Source of the DNA: an uncultured Bacillales bacterium
Lineage (GTDB): Bacteria > Bacillota_I > Bacilli_A > RFN20 > CAG-449
Assembly (NCBI GenBank): GCA_946641515.1
Contig: CAMPBT010000003.1
Span: 56,079 to 120,078, forward strand
Direction of reading: 5' to 3'
Length of the DNA stretch: 64,000 nt
The translations under genes were made by a program, and so were the position numbers. The notes under the pieces were generated by a model. The model worked only from the letters and a program-made list of their open reading frames with translations, had not been told where the DNA came from and did no database searches. This document shows positions 1-10,310 of the stretch, one piece after another. Position 1 is the first letter of the stretch; each line of letters opens with the position of its first letter.

Positions 1-391
1 TGAATCTTAACCAAGTAGCCATTTCAACAAAACATGCAATAAAATTTATCGCAAGATATAAAACTGAAATTACTACACCAAGAACTATTTCCATATTAAG
101 TAAGCGTCTATCTGATTCTTCTTTTTGTTTTACTAATTCGACTAAATTTAATTCTGTTTGTTTTTCATAATCTTTCATATCCAATTTTTCTCCTATTAAT
201 AATTCGTTTACATTGATACCAAGAATTTCACATAAATCTAACATAATTGCAGCGTCTGGAAGTGCTTTACCACATTCCCATTTAGATACTGCTCTATCTG
301 TTATATTTAGTTTTTCTGCTAATTGCATTTGAGTTAAATTATTATTCTTTCTACAATCCGCAATAAATTTTCCAATTTTAACTAAATCCAT
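1..391 (-). CDS. XRE-family helix-turn-helix regulator with C-terminal membrane anchor; 3'-partial (runs off window start)
   Basis: Reverse-complement translation from ATG at 391 gives MDLVKIGKFIADCRKNNNLTQMQLAEKLNITDRAVSKWECGK..., a classic HTH_3 (XRE) motif, followed by a hydrophobic segment LGVVISVLYLAINFIACFV. GGAGGAAGG RBS lies 5-13 nt upstream. Absent from the ORF track because no stop codon falls inside the window. Confidence 0.75.
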   Translation of the reverse strand, partial: MDLVKIGKFIADCRKNNNLTQMQLAEKLNITDRAVSKWECGKALPDAAIMLDLCEILGINVNELLIGEKLDMKDYEKQTELNLVELVKQKEESDRRLLNMEIVLGVVISVLYLAINFIACFVEMATWLRF

Positions 392-599
392 TTGTCCTTC
401 CTCCTTTGCATCTTCAGTGTAAAATACGAATTATAACAAGTCTACATACCAGTGGTTGAGTTGCTCATAACTAATTATATCTACCAAAAGTTGAGAATTA
501 AATTTATCTATTTACATTATAGAATCTATATTAAACGAAGTCGATAAAATATAAAAACAGCTAGACTACATAAGTCAAGCTGTTAAAAAATTTTATTAA

Positions 600-830
600 T
601 TAATTATTAATATTTAAATTATGAGGTACGTTGTTTAAATATTCTCTAGTTTCTTTATATGTTTTTTCATCTATGCTAACAGTGTAAAATTTATAATCTT
701 CATTATTTTTAATCATTACAAATGAAGTAGTTTTTTCTACTCCTATTATATATTGACCTTCATCGTTAGTATTGGTAAGATTATCATCACATAGTTCACA
801 AAAACAAAAAAATTGTGACAGATTTCTCAT
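600..830 (-). CDS. hypothetical small protein (76 aa)
   Basis: ORF-track entry only; no recognisable motifs. Lies between the HTH regulator and the tmRNA gene. Confidence 0.25.
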   Translation of the reverse strand: MRNLSQFFCFCELCDDNLTNTNDEGQYIIGVEKTTSFVMIKNNEDYKFYTVSIDEKTYKETREYLNNVPHNLNINN

Positions 831-853
831 ATCACAATTCTAACTTTTTTTAT

Positions 854-1226
854 GGTGGACCTGCGGAGAGTCGAACTCCGGTCCGAAGCACATCCTATAT
901 AAGCCACTACAGTTTGTCTAACTAATAAAGTTTCATCTTAGTTATAGCTAATTAGCGAACCGCACCAAGACTAACCTATAAGATTTTCTACCTCTCCTTA
1001 TAGATATCGAAGAAGCCTATTCCCTAGTTATTACACCTTATCCCCTTCAAGGGACCAAAAGAGGTAAGATGCCTACCATCCCAAACGCGGGACTACATTA
1101 GAGGCTTATTAGCAAGCTGCGTAGGATAATTGATTTCTGTTGCCAGATATTTTTTTGTGGTTTTTAACGGTTTCCAGCCGACTGCGCCTTATACCAAACA
1201 TACCCCGTCGAAACCTGAACAAGCCC
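854..1226 (-). ncRNA. ssrA: tmRNA (ssrA)
   Basis: The minus-strand 3' end reads ...CGGAGTTCGACTCTCCGCAGGTCCACCA: a tRNA-like T-arm (CGGAG/CTCCG stem, TTCGACT loop) plus acceptor 3' strand and CCA. The 5' end reads GGGCTTGTTCAGGTTTCGACGGGG. The 7-bp acceptor stem contains a G3:U wobble (alanine identity). An internal candidate tag frame ends in a TAA TAA double stop. Length about 373 nt. Confidence 0.85.
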
Positions 1227-1340
1227 ATGGGTGCTGGTAGCAAATAGATATTAACATCAATAATAAAATCTCGCAAGTTATAATATTAATTAAATAAAAG
1301 ATATGATAGAATTATAACAACAATTTAGGAGGCAAATAAT

Positions 1341-2213
1341 ATGCAGCAATATTTAGATTTATGCAAGAAGATTCTTGAAGAAGGTCAAGTAAGAAAAGAT
1401 AGAACAGGTACTGGTACTATTTCATTATTCGGTGCACAATACCGTGTAGATTTATCAAAAGGTTTTCCTCTCTTAACTACTAAAAAAGTATTCTTTAAGG
1501 GAGTTTTAAAAGAATTATTATGGATTATTTCTGGCTCAACAAACATTCGTCCATTAACTTTAGATAATGTAAAAATTTGGAACGATTGGCCATATAAGAA
1601 ATTTAAAGAATCATCATCTTATAATGGTGAAACAATGGAAGAATTCATCGCTAAAATCAATGCAGATGAAGAATTTGCAAAGGTTTGGGGAGAACTCGGC
1701 CCAGTTTACGGTCATCAATGGAGAAATTTCTTTGGAAAAGATCAATTACTAGAAGTTCAAAAATCTATTAGAGAAGATCCATTCTCAAGGCGTCACATCA
1801 TTTGCGCTTGGAACCCAGCACAAGTAGATGAAATGGCACTTCCTCCATGCCACGCATTTGTTCAATTCTATGTTTCTGGCGATGGTAAGAAATTATCTTG
1901 TCAATTATACCAAAGATCCGCAGATATGTTCTTAGGCGTACCATTCAATGATGCTTCATACGCATGCTTAACAATGATGATGGCAGCAGTATGTGGTCTT
2001 GAACCAGGTGAATTTATTCATACATTTGGAGATGCTCACATTTACTTAGATCACGTTGATTTAATAAAAGAACAACTCTCTAGAGAACCAAGAAAATTAC
2101 CAAAATTATTAATTAAGAGAAAAGTAGATTCAATTACTGATTATAAATATGAAGACTTTGAAGTTGTTGACTATGATCCATGGCCAGCAATCAAAGGAAA
2201 AGTTTCCGTTTAG
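1341..2213 (+). CDS. thyA: thymidylate synthase
   Basis: 290 aa. Conserved ThyA motifs: [12 protein letters not shown] (catalytic Cys region), [12 protein letters not shown] and DAHIY. RBS TTAGGAGG upstream. Confidence 0.95.
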   Translation: MQQYLDLCKKILEEGQVRKDRTGTGTISLFGAQYRVDLSKGFPLLTTKKVFFKGVLKELLWIISGSTNIRPLTLDNVKIWNDWPYKKFKESSSYNGETMEEFIAKINADEEFAKVWGELGPVYGHQWRNFFGKDQLLEVQKSIREDPFSRRHIICAWNPAQVDEMALPPCHAFVQFYVSGDGKKLSCQLYQRSADMFLGVPFNDASYACLTMMMAAVCGLEPGEFIHTFGDAHIYLDHVDLIKEQLSREPRKLPKLLIKRKVDSITDYKYEDFEVVDYDPWPAIKGKVSV

Positions 2214-2307
2214 TCACTAACTTGTTAGCATTTAAAAGACAAAGACTCAGTTTAATTGACTTTGGACTTCCTAAAATGCTATATTAAGCAAAGCAAAGGA
2301 GATAACT

Positions 2308-3204
2308 ATGTCAAAAGTAGCAGTCGCGACAGATAGTAATGCGGGCATTACTTTTGCTCAAGCAAAAGCAAAAGGTATTTTCATTTTACCTATGCCATTT
2401 ATTATCGACGGAAATGAATACGAAGAAGAAATCTCTCTTTCTCAAGAAGATTTTTATAAAAAACTAATTGGAGATGCAAACATCTCAACTTCTCAGCCAT
2501 CAGCATATTCTTTATCAGAATTATGGACTGAATTATTAAAAGACCACGATGAAATTATTTATGTTCCAATGTCATCTGGTTTATCAAATTCTTGTCAAAC
2601 TGCAATTGCTCTTTCTCAAGAAGAAGAATTCGATGGAAAAGTCCACGTGTTAGATTTACAAAGAATTTCTGTAACTCAGAAATCAGCAGTATATGAAGCT
2701 AAATACTTACTCGACCAAGGTAAATCATGTAAAGAAGTATGCGATTATTTAATGGCAACTAAATTACAAGCAAGTATCTATATTATGGTTGATACTCTCT
2801 ATTATCTAAAAAAAGGTGGAAGAGTTACTCCAACCGCTGCAGCATTAGCAAATTTATTAAACATCAAACCAGTTTTACAAATCCAAGGTCAAAAACTTGA
2901 TTCATACACAAAAGTTTTATCAACTAGAGTAGCGAGAATCAAGATGATTAACGCTATTAAGCAAGATATGGAAACTAGATTCAAAGATGATATTGCAAAC
3001 AATAAATGTGTCTTATCTATGGCATATACAAATAATTTAAATGATGCATTAGATTTTAAGAAACAAATAGAAGAAGCAATTCCTAATCTTCCAGTTGTCT
3101 TTGCAAATCCACTTTCATTATCAGTATCTTGTCATATTGGTCCAGGCGCTCTAGCGGTAACTATCGCTCATTGTGAAGCACCTGTTGATGCATTAAAAGA
3201 CTAA
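2308..3204 (+). CDS. DegV family fatty-acid-binding protein
   Basis: 298 aa. N-terminal VAVATDSNAGI... and overall DegV/EDD-fold pattern. AAGGAG RBS upstream. Intrinsic terminator follows at 3226-3252. Confidence 0.8.
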   Translation: MSKVAVATDSNAGITFAQAKAKGIFILPMPFIIDGNEYEEEISLSQEDFYKKLIGDANISTSQPSAYSLSELWTELLKDHDEIIYVPMSSGLSNSCQTAIALSQEEEFDGKVHVLDLQRISVTQKSAVYEAKYLLDQGKSCKEVCDYLMATKLQASIYIMVDTLYYLKKGGRVTPTAAALANLLNIKPVLQIQGQKLDSYTKVLSTRVARIKMINAIKQDMETRFKDDIANNKCVLSMAYTNNLNDALDFKKQIEEAIPNLPVVFANPLSLSVSCHIGPGALAVTIAHCEAPVDALKD

Positions 3205-3225
3205 TGTAACCGTTTACTAAACTAA

Positions 3226-3252
3226 AAGAACCGAAATCGGTTCTTTTTTTAT
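3226..3252 (+). terminator. rho-independent terminator downstream of the degV-like gene
   Basis: Hairpin AGAACCGAAATCGGTTCT followed by a T7 run. Confidence 0.75.
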
Positions 3253-3304
3253 TTTTAATAATGTTATTATAAATAAAACGATAATTTGTAAGTGAGGTAA
3301 CTAT

Positions 3305-4495
3305 ATGAATTTTATTTTCGTATCGCCTGATTTTCCAAATACTTATTATAATTTCTGTAAAGAACTAAAAAAGCAAGGCGTCACAGTACTTGGAATATCA
3401 TCCACTCCATATGATCAATTGTCACAAGATTGCCGCGATTCTTTAACAGAATATTATCGTGTAGATAATATGGAAGATTATTCTCAAATGTTTAAAGCAG
3501 TAGCATTCTTCTCTTTTAAATATGGAAAAATTGACTTTATTGAATCTAATAATGAATATTGGCTAGAACAAGACGCTAAACTAAGATCTGACTTCAATAT
3601 TAAAACTGGAAAGAAGATTGAAGAAATGGCAGTTTTCAAATCCAAAGAAGCAATGAAAGAAGCTTATAAAAAAGCTAACGTTCCTGTCGCTCGTCACCAC
3701 ATTCCTACAACCTTAGAAGAAGGTAAAAAGTTCATCAAGTTAGTAGGATATCCAGTTGTAGTAAAACCAGATAATGGAGTAGGTGCACAAGCAACTTATA
3801 AAATTTCTTCTGATAAAGAGCTAGAGGATTTCTATAAAGCTTTACCAAAAAGAAAATATATCATGGAAGAATTTATCAATGGAGATTTAATCTCTTTTGA
3901 TGGAGTAGTTGATTCACATTCTAATCCAGTTTTCTTCTCTAATGAAGTCTTCCCTGAACAAGCTATGGATATCGTCAATGAATTAAAAGATGATTTCTAT
4001 TATTCATCTAAAGAATGCCCTAAAGATTTAGAAGAAGTAGGAAGAAGAGTATTAAAAGCTTTTGAGCCAAAACAAAGATGGTTCCATATGGAATTCTTTA
4101 GACTTAGAGAAGACCATCCTTATCTTGGCCCAAAAGGCACTATATGCGGGCTTGAAGTTAACATGAGATGTCCAGGAGGATATACTCCAGATATGGTCAA
4201 CTGGGCTCATTCAATTAACTCCTACAAAATTTGGGCGGATATCATCGTTAAAGATATGACTGATGAAGCAATGAATTTACCACAATATTACTGTGCAACA
4301 TACGGTAGAAGAGATGGTAAAAACTATAAACATTCTTCTGCAGAAATCTATGATAAATATATGGGAGAAATTGTAGACCATAAGAGAATGCCTGATATTC
4401 TTTCAGATGATATGGGAAATGATTGTTGGTTTGCAAAATTCGACACCTTCGAGCAAATGGAAGAATTCAAGAATTATCTTTCTGAACTAAAATAA
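3305..4495 (+). CDS. ATP-grasp domain protein (carboxylate-amine ligase-like)
   Basis: 396 aa. Central region GYPVVVKPDNGVGAQATYKI...EEFINGDLISFDGVV resembles the ATP-grasp nucleotide-binding core. Terminator hairpin at 4531-4562. Confidence 0.6.
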   Translation: MNFIFVSPDFPNTYYNFCKELKKQGVTVLGISSTPYDQLSQDCRDSLTEYYRVDNMEDYSQMFKAVAFFSFKYGKIDFIESNNEYWLEQDAKLRSDFNIKTGKKIEEMAVFKSKEAMKEAYKKANVPVARHHIPTTLEEGKKFIKLVGYPVVVKPDNGVGAQATYKISSDKELEDFYKALPKRKYIMEEFINGDLISFDGVVDSHSNPVFFSNEVFPEQAMDIVNELKDDFYYSSKECPKDLEEVGRRVLKAFEPKQRWFHMEFFRLREDHPYLGPKGTICGLEVNMRCPGGYTPDMVNWAHSINSYKIWADIIVKDMTDEAMNLPQYYCATYGRRDGKNYKHSSAEIYDKYMGEIVDHKRMPDILSDDMGNDCWFAKFDTFEQMEEFKNYLSELK

Positions 4496-4974
4496 AAGCC
4501 ACTAATAAGCACACAACATATGAATGATAACTGTCTAGAGTAAAAATCTAGGCAGTTTTTTAAATTAAAATAAACGCGCCATTTATTCTCTTTCTAAAAA
4601 TAGATACAATCTTTTCTAATGAAGTAGTTGTATATTTTCTTCAGCAAAAGTTGATTTGCCAATTCTTCTTGCCTCCCTCAATTAAAATAGCTTTTTCCCG
4701 TTTGATTTGTTTTTCTATTCTAAAAGTTTGCCGTATATTTTTCTTTTAAAAATCATAACTCACACCTCTTAACTGCATTTACGCACTTTAATTACACATA
4801 GATTATTGCAATTACGCAGCATTGAGAAGAAAATAAGGAAAGCAAAAAAAATGAATGATGAGGCTAGATAAGGACAATATGAAAAGCGCCATAAAAAGGA
4901 TTAAAGTGTCAAATTTATGGCGTATTATTTATCTTTTTTGGAAAATATATCTATCGCGCGCTATTGTGATTTTT

Positions 4975-6069
4975 TTACTTATTATAAATAAAATCGAATG
5001 CGTCTACTAAGAAATATCTCCAAGCAATTTCGTTATGATTATATTCTTCAATAAATTGATAACGATATTTATCTTTACCAAAATGCTTCTCTAAATATGG
5101 AACATAAGCATTGTTGTAACTACTTAAATATTTTTCTAATTCGTCGCGATTACCTCCACCAATATACATTTTAGGAAGATTATCTTTATAAATCTTTTCA
5201 TAAGCTTCTTCGTTAAAGAAACCAAGAGCAGGACTTAACGCAATTGCATATCTAAAGAAATCAGAATGTACTAATGAAGTATAGAAAGCGGCGATTCCTC
5301 CCATCGAAGAACCTAAAACTCCTACATCATTAAAATCAATTTGATATTTCTTATAAACTTCTTCAAATAATTCTTCAAAAATGAATTTATTAAATGAAGT
5401 TAATCGACCATGATGATGGGCAGGATTATCAACATATCGAGGATTAATTTTACCAAATGTTGGTTCAACCATTAATTCTTTTTCTCTATAATATGTTGCA
5501 TTATCTACTGAAACTACGATGTAGTTCTTTTTTGTTTTTTCTTGGACTTTATTTAAAACTACATCAAGTTGCCAAGAACCATATGGATCACCTTTAGTAT
5601 ATTTACCTACACCATTTTTTGAAAATAGATTTTGTCCATCATACCCAAGAATCATAGAATAAGGCTTAGATTTATCATAAGTTAAAGTATAAACATATGC
5701 ACGTAGATAATATTTTCTAAAATTCAATGTTTTACTTCTAAAAGATAAAGTTTCAATCTTACCGGTCTTTCTTTTGCCATGTAAATAAAACTTAACATTA
5801 AGATACTCTTTGCTAGGAGTATACTTAAACATTAAATCAGGAGTAAATTCATTTAAATAAATAGGTAAAGAAGATAACTTACCTTGCTTAATAATTAAAC
5901 GATCATATTTATCTAAATCAACTTTAAAATAAGATTCAACTCCATGATTATATGGATGAAATTTAGTTGCAAGAAGAGTCTTTTTAGTCTTCTCACCTTC
6001 TTTATAGAAAGTGATTTTAAAAGGCTCATCTAAAGAATTATTTAGTACATATAAATCTTTATAACGCAT
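4975..6069 (-). CDS. alpha/beta-hydrolase esterase family protein (putative-esterase type, GxSxG nucleophile)
   Basis: ORF 4975..6126. I prefer the ATG at 6069 (MRYKDLY...), which has GGAG 6 nt upstream. Contains the LGSSMGG nucleophile elbow. Overlaps the uvrB stop by 11 nt. Confidence 0.6.
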   Translation of the reverse strand: MRYKDLYVLNNSLDEPFKITFYKEGEKTKKTLLATKFHPYNHGVESYFKVDLDKYDRLIIKQGKLSSLPIYLNEFTPDLMFKYTPSKEYLNVKFYLHGKRKTGKIETLSFRSKTLNFRKYYLRAYVYTLTYDKSKPYSMILGYDGQNLFSKNGVGKYTKGDPYGSWQLDVVLNKVQEKTKKNYIVVSVDNATYYREKELMVEPTFGKINPRYVDNPAHHHGRLTSFNKFIFEELFEEVYKKYQIDFNDVGVLGSSMGGIAAFYTSLVHSDFFRYAIALSPALGFFNEEAYEKIYKDNLPKMYIGGGNRDELEKYLSSYNNAYVPYLEKHFGKDKYRYQFIEEYNHNEIAWRYFLVDAFDFIYNK

Positions 6070-8044
6070 TATTATCTCCATTTCTAAGTTCAAAAAGAAT
6101 ATCTCTAAGTTCTGCTGCTCTTTCAAAATCTAATGATTTTGCCGCTTCTTTCATTTCTTTTTCAATATCCTTAATGTACATTTCTCTTTCTGAACGAGTT
6201 AATTTATTAGATTTAGGTAGTTTATCAGATGCTGAATCTTTAATACGTAATGGAGCTTTAATTTCTTTAAAGATAGTTTTAGGAATAATTCCGTGTTCTT
6301 TGTTATAAGCTTCTTGAATGGCTCTACGTCTATTAGTTTCTTTAATTGCCTCATTCATAGAATCAGTAATTCTACTTGCGTACATAATAACTCGTCCTTC
6401 CGCGTTTCTAGCCGCTCTACCGATAATTTGGATAAGAGAACGAGTATTTCTTAAGAATCCTTCTTTATCTGCGTCAAAAATTGAAATAAGTGATACTTCA
6501 GGAATATCTAAACCTTCTCTAAGTAAGTTAATACCAACAAGAACATCATATTTACCTTTTCTTAATTGATAAATGATTTCTGTTCTTTCTAAAGTCTTAG
6601 TTTCATTACTTAAATAAGTAACCTTATAACCTTTTTCTTTTAAATATGCAGTTAAATTTTCTGCATCTTTAATCGTAATAGTAACAATCATTGCTCTTTG
6701 GCCTTTACTAATGACTTCATCTAATTCTTTAGTAACATCAATAACTGGGTTAAGAACATCTCTAACTTCAACGCGAGGATCAACTAGTCCTGTCGGACGA
6801 ATAATCTGTTGAACAAATTGTCCTCCAGTTTGTCCCATTTCATAATCTCCAGGAGTAGCAGATGTACAAATAGCTTGATTAACTTTCTTTTCAAATTCTT
6901 CAAAGTTCATCGGTCTATTATCAAGCGCGGAAGGTAATCTAAAACCATATTCTACTAAAGTTAATTTTCTTGCTCTATCTCCGTTATACATACCTCTAAT
7001 TTGAGGTAAAGAAACGTGAGATTCATCTACTACTAGCAAGAAATCTTTAGGGAAATAATCAAATAATGTATAAGGAGTTGAGCCTGCTTCTCTTCCATCA
7101 ATATGTCTAGAATAGTTTTCAATACCTGAACAATAACCAAATTCTGATAATTGTTCTATATCGTATCTAGTTCTTTGAGATAATCTTTCTTCTTCAAGTA
7201 ATTTGCCTTCATCATGTAATTCTTTTAAGCGATGAGTTAATTCTTCTTGAATAGATCCAATTGCTCTTTTGATTCTCTCTTGAGAAGAAGCATATTCATG
7301 TGCAGGATAAATTGGATATTCCTTATAGGTGTGGAGAACTTCATTAGTTAAAGGATTACATTCTTTAATTGCCTCAATAGTATCCCAATCATCTAAATAA
7401 ATCTTAATAACTGATTCTTTATTCCAAGGAGTAATGACTTCTATGATATCTCCTCTAATTCTAAATTCACCTTGGCTAAGAGATAAATTATTTCTCTTAT
7501 ATTGAGTATTAATTAATTTTGCCATGAAATCTTTTCTATCGATTTCATCTCCTACTCTTAAAAAGAAAGCAAGTTCACGATATTCTTGAGGATCAGTAAG
7601 ACCATAGATTGACGCAACTGAAGCGACAATAATAGTATCTCTTCTTTCAAGAACAGAGTTAATTGCGGAACATCTCATCATTTCAATTTCATCATTCATT
7701 TGAGCGTTCTTTTCAATATAAGTATCTGATTGAGGAATATAAGCTTCAGGTTGATAAAAATCGAAGTTAGAAACGAAATATTCTACTCTATTTTCAGGAA
7801 ATAACTCTTTTAATTCTTCAAATAACTGACTTGCTAAAGTTTTATTATGAACTAAAACTAAAGTAGGTCTATTTACTTTTGCAATAACGTTTGCCACAGT
7901 AAAGGTTTTACCAGTACCAGTCGCACCTAAACAAACTTGCCACTTTTTCTTATCTTTAAGACCTTGGACAAGTTCTTCAATCGCCTGAGGTTGGTCACCA
8001 GTAGGAGAAAATTTAGATACTAATTTAAATTTTCTATCTTCCAT
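6059..8044 (-). CDS. uvrB: excinuclease ABC subunit B
   Basis: ORF 6059..8062. Start placed at MEDRKFKLVSKFSPTGDQPQAIEEL by alignment to the Bacillus UvrB N-terminus. Walker A GATGTGKT and helicase motifs present. C-terminal UvrB/UvrC-interaction-like helix (RAAELRDILFELR). Confidence 0.93.
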   Translation of the reverse strand: MEDRKFKLVSKFSPTGDQPQAIEELVQGLKDKKKWQVCLGATGTGKTFTVANVIAKVNRPTLVLVHNKTLASQLFEELKELFPENRVEYFVSNFDFYQPEAYIPQSDTYIEKNAQMNDEIEMMRCSAINSVLERRDTIIVASVASIYGLTDPQEYRELAFFLRVGDEIDRKDFMAKLINTQYKRNNLSLSQGEFRIRGDIIEVITPWNKESVIKIYLDDWDTIEAIKECNPLTNEVLHTYKEYPIYPAHEYASSQERIKRAIGSIQEELTHRLKELHDEGKLLEEERLSQRTRYDIEQLSEFGYCSGIENYSRHIDGREAGSTPYTLFDYFPKDFLLVVDESHVSLPQIRGMYNGDRARKLTLVEYGFRLPSALDNRPMNFEEFEKKVNQAICTSATPGDYEMGQTGGQFVQQIIRPTGLVDPRVEVRDVLNPVIDVTKELDEVISKGQRAMIVTITIKDAENLTAYLKEKGYKVTYLSNETKTLERTEIIYQLRKGKYDVLVGINLLREGLDIPEVSLISIFDADKEGFLRNTRSLIQIIGRAARNAEGRVIMYASRITDSMNEAIKETNRRRAIQEAYNKEHGIIPKTIFKEIKAPLRIKDSASDKLPKSNKLTRSEREMYIKDIEKEMKEAAKSLDFERAAELRDILFELRNGDNNAL

Positions 8045-9791
8045 ACTCTGCACGTACCTCATTAATAACGTTGTAGTCGTAATCTTCTAAATAAATATCT
8101 TTAACTTTTCCACCGAGTAATGCGCCTGTTTCTCTTGTAAAGATATTATCTTCACTAAGAATATTGTTTTCTCTTTGGAAAGCTTCTACAGCTTTATCAA
8201 AAGTAGTAAATGATGTACCCATTACCATATTAATTTGTTCTTTTACTAATCTTCTTTGTAAAGGTGTAAATGAATCATTATCAACATCATTACCTTCAAT
8301 ATATGCATTGTATTTACATGCAGGTAACTTAGTAACTACTTTATCGTAGAATTTATTTGTGAATTGATTTGCAAAATAATCATCATAAATTTGAGAAGTT
8401 ACTAAAGAATCTTTACTTCTTATCGCATAAGTTTCTCTACATTTAAGAATTGCTAAGCCTAAATTTGTATATGATGTACCTAGTAAAATATTAATTCTAT
8501 TTAATAAAATGTTTGTATTTTCTTCACTTAATTTATCATTAGAAGTAACTCCATCAATCCACATTGTGTATTCTTTATAAGGAATAAATTGTTGACCGAT
8601 GAATTTTTCTGGAACTATACCTCTCTTATTAATTGTTTGTTTAGAAGGAGATAAGACACGTGCAAAAGTATATCTAATAGATGAACCATCATTAAAAGGA
8701 TCAATAAAAGATTGAGCGATTCCTTTACCATAAGAAACTTGGCCATAGATATGAGTTTTATTCTTAGTATCAGGATAATCACGAAGTCCAAGCGCGAAAG
8801 TTTCTCCTGCAGAAGCTGTAGAAGAATCAACAATTAAACTAATATGATTAATTCTATTTGTATATTGAGTATCCACATTAGTATTAGTTAAAGCTTGTAA
8901 TGAATTATCTTGGAACTGGTAATATGCTGTAGCCTGGCCTTTAGGAATAAATAAACCTAAAGTATCAGTACAGTTATTAACATAACCTCCTCCATTACCT
9001 CTTAAGTCAATGATTAAGTGGTCTAAAGAAGAAACTCCATTAGTAAAAATTTCATTATCAAAAATACTTTTTAATTCACCTTGAGGAGTAGTTTCTCCAT
9101 TATTCGCGTTACCTAAGAATGAAGAAATCTTAACATAAGCTTCGCTATGACCATCGACATTAGTAAATGATTCTAAAACAGCTTTATCCACATTATATGC
9201 TCCACGAGTAACAATTAATGGGCTAGACTGTTCTTCATAAATTCCTGTAGCATTTTTTCTCTTATAATAAACTTCAACAATGCTACCTTCTTCACCAGAA
9301 AAATAATTAGTCCAATCTGAGAATGAATGGTCTTTTAAAACATACATTTCTCCTTCGACAGGATTATCTTTAGTACCAAGATTTCTAATCTTAGTAATAA
9401 TATCACCTTTTAGTAGCCCCTTATCTCCTCCGTTTTTAGGACGAGCATTTTGAGCAGGAGAATTCTTCATTACTTCTCTTACAAGTGCTTCTCCATAATA
9501 TACAGTTCTAGAAAAGCCTAGACCAACTCCAGAAGAAGAATAATCTTGATACTGATTTTTTGCAGCACTTGTGTAATAAGTAAAATCATCACCAAAAGCC
9601 TGTGTTAAACCAGAAATCATTCCGTCTAACAAAGTTCTATCATCAACATCTAAATAATAATTTGATTGTAAAAATGTTGCTAAAGCAGAAATATCTAATG
9701 ATTTATTATTTACGTTTACTCCACAACTAGTAACACTAAAAGCTATTACACTAGTTGTTAGAATCAATATTTTCTTGCTGAGATTTTTCAT
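8034..9791 (-). CDS. S41-family C-terminal processing peptidase, lipoprotein
   Basis: 585 aa. Lipoprotein signal MKNLSKKILILTTSVIAFSVTSC (lipobox). S41 catalytic Ser context SSTASAGETFA and Lys context SYGKGIAQSF. Confidence 0.65.
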   Translation of the reverse strand: MKNLSKKILILTTSVIAFSVTSCGVNVNNKSLDISALATFLQSNYYLDVDDRTLLDGMISGLTQAFGDDFTYYTSAAKNQYQDYSSSGVGLGFSRTVYYGEALVREVMKNSPAQNARPKNGGDKGLLKGDIITKIRNLGTKDNPVEGEMYVLKDHSFSDWTNYFSGEEGSIVEVYYKRKNATGIYEEQSSPLIVTRGAYNVDKAVLESFTNVDGHSEAYVKISSFLGNANNGETTPQGELKSIFDNEIFTNGVSSLDHLIIDLRGNGGGYVNNCTDTLGLFIPKGQATAYYQFQDNSLQALTNTNVDTQYTNRINHISLIVDSSTASAGETFALGLRDYPDTKNKTHIYGQVSYGKGIAQSFIDPFNDGSSIRYTFARVLSPSKQTINKRGIVPEKFIGQQFIPYKEYTMWIDGVTSNDKLSEENTNILLNRINILLGTSYTNLGLAILKCRETYAIRSKDSLVTSQIYDDYFANQFTNKFYDKVVTKLPACKYNAYIEGNDVDNDSFTPLQRRLVKEQINMVMGTSFTTFDKAVEAFQRENNILSEDNIFTRETGALLGGKVKDIYLEDYDYNVINEVRAEYGR

Positions 9792-10308
9792 TTATTTCGT
9801 CTCCTTTCTTAACGCTCATTAATTCTAATGAATAATTATCTTTATTAGTACGTTTAATCTTATAATCAATTAACATGCTATCTTTTTTAGAGAAGCTAAC
9901 TAAAACACTGATGGTCTTAATTTTATTATCAATTTGAATATAATCTAAATTATCAATTTTAATTAAAGGAGGATGAATAACGATTCTCTCGTTAATGATG
10001 TAAAGTAATCTATCTTTTAAATAAACATAATTCTTTTTTAAAGTTAGATTAGTTATAGGATCAGTATTAAATCCATCTTTACCCCATTTTGGAAGTACGC
10101 TTACCGCGTGATCAAAAAAGTATGGAAAGAATTTATCGTCCTTTAGTTGAAGATTTTGATAATATTCAACTGTCTTAGAAACAAGTTCAATATATCTTTC
10201 GTCCGCATATCTTCTTTTGTTGCTAATGATAACTAGGCTCACCACAAAGAAGGTAAGAGATAAAACAAATCCACCGATAGATAAAATCCATTGCCATACT
10301 TCATTCAT
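9751..10308 (-). CDS. hypothetical membrane-anchored protein
   Basis: 185 aa. Single N-terminal transmembrane helix (ILSIGGFVLSLTFFVVSLVII). No recognised domain. Confidence 0.45.
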   Translation of the reverse strand: MNEVWQWILSIGGFVLSLTFFVVSLVIISNKRRYADERYIELVSKTVEYYQNLQLKDDKFFPYFFDHAVSVLPKWGKDGFNTDPITNLTLKKNYVYLKDRLLYIINERIVIHPPLIKIDNLDYIQIDNKIKTISVLVSFSKKDSMLIDYKIKRTNKDNYSLELMSVKKGDEINEKSQQENIDSNN

Positions 10309-10310
10309 AT

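Noticed and set aside
600-1340. Prophage or integrative element inserted at the tmRNA 3' end within the window
   Set aside because: No integrase, no phage structural genes and no duplication of the ssrA 3' end are visible within the window. Only an HTH regulator and a small ORF are present, which is insufficient evidence, so it is reported only as something to check beyond the window edge.
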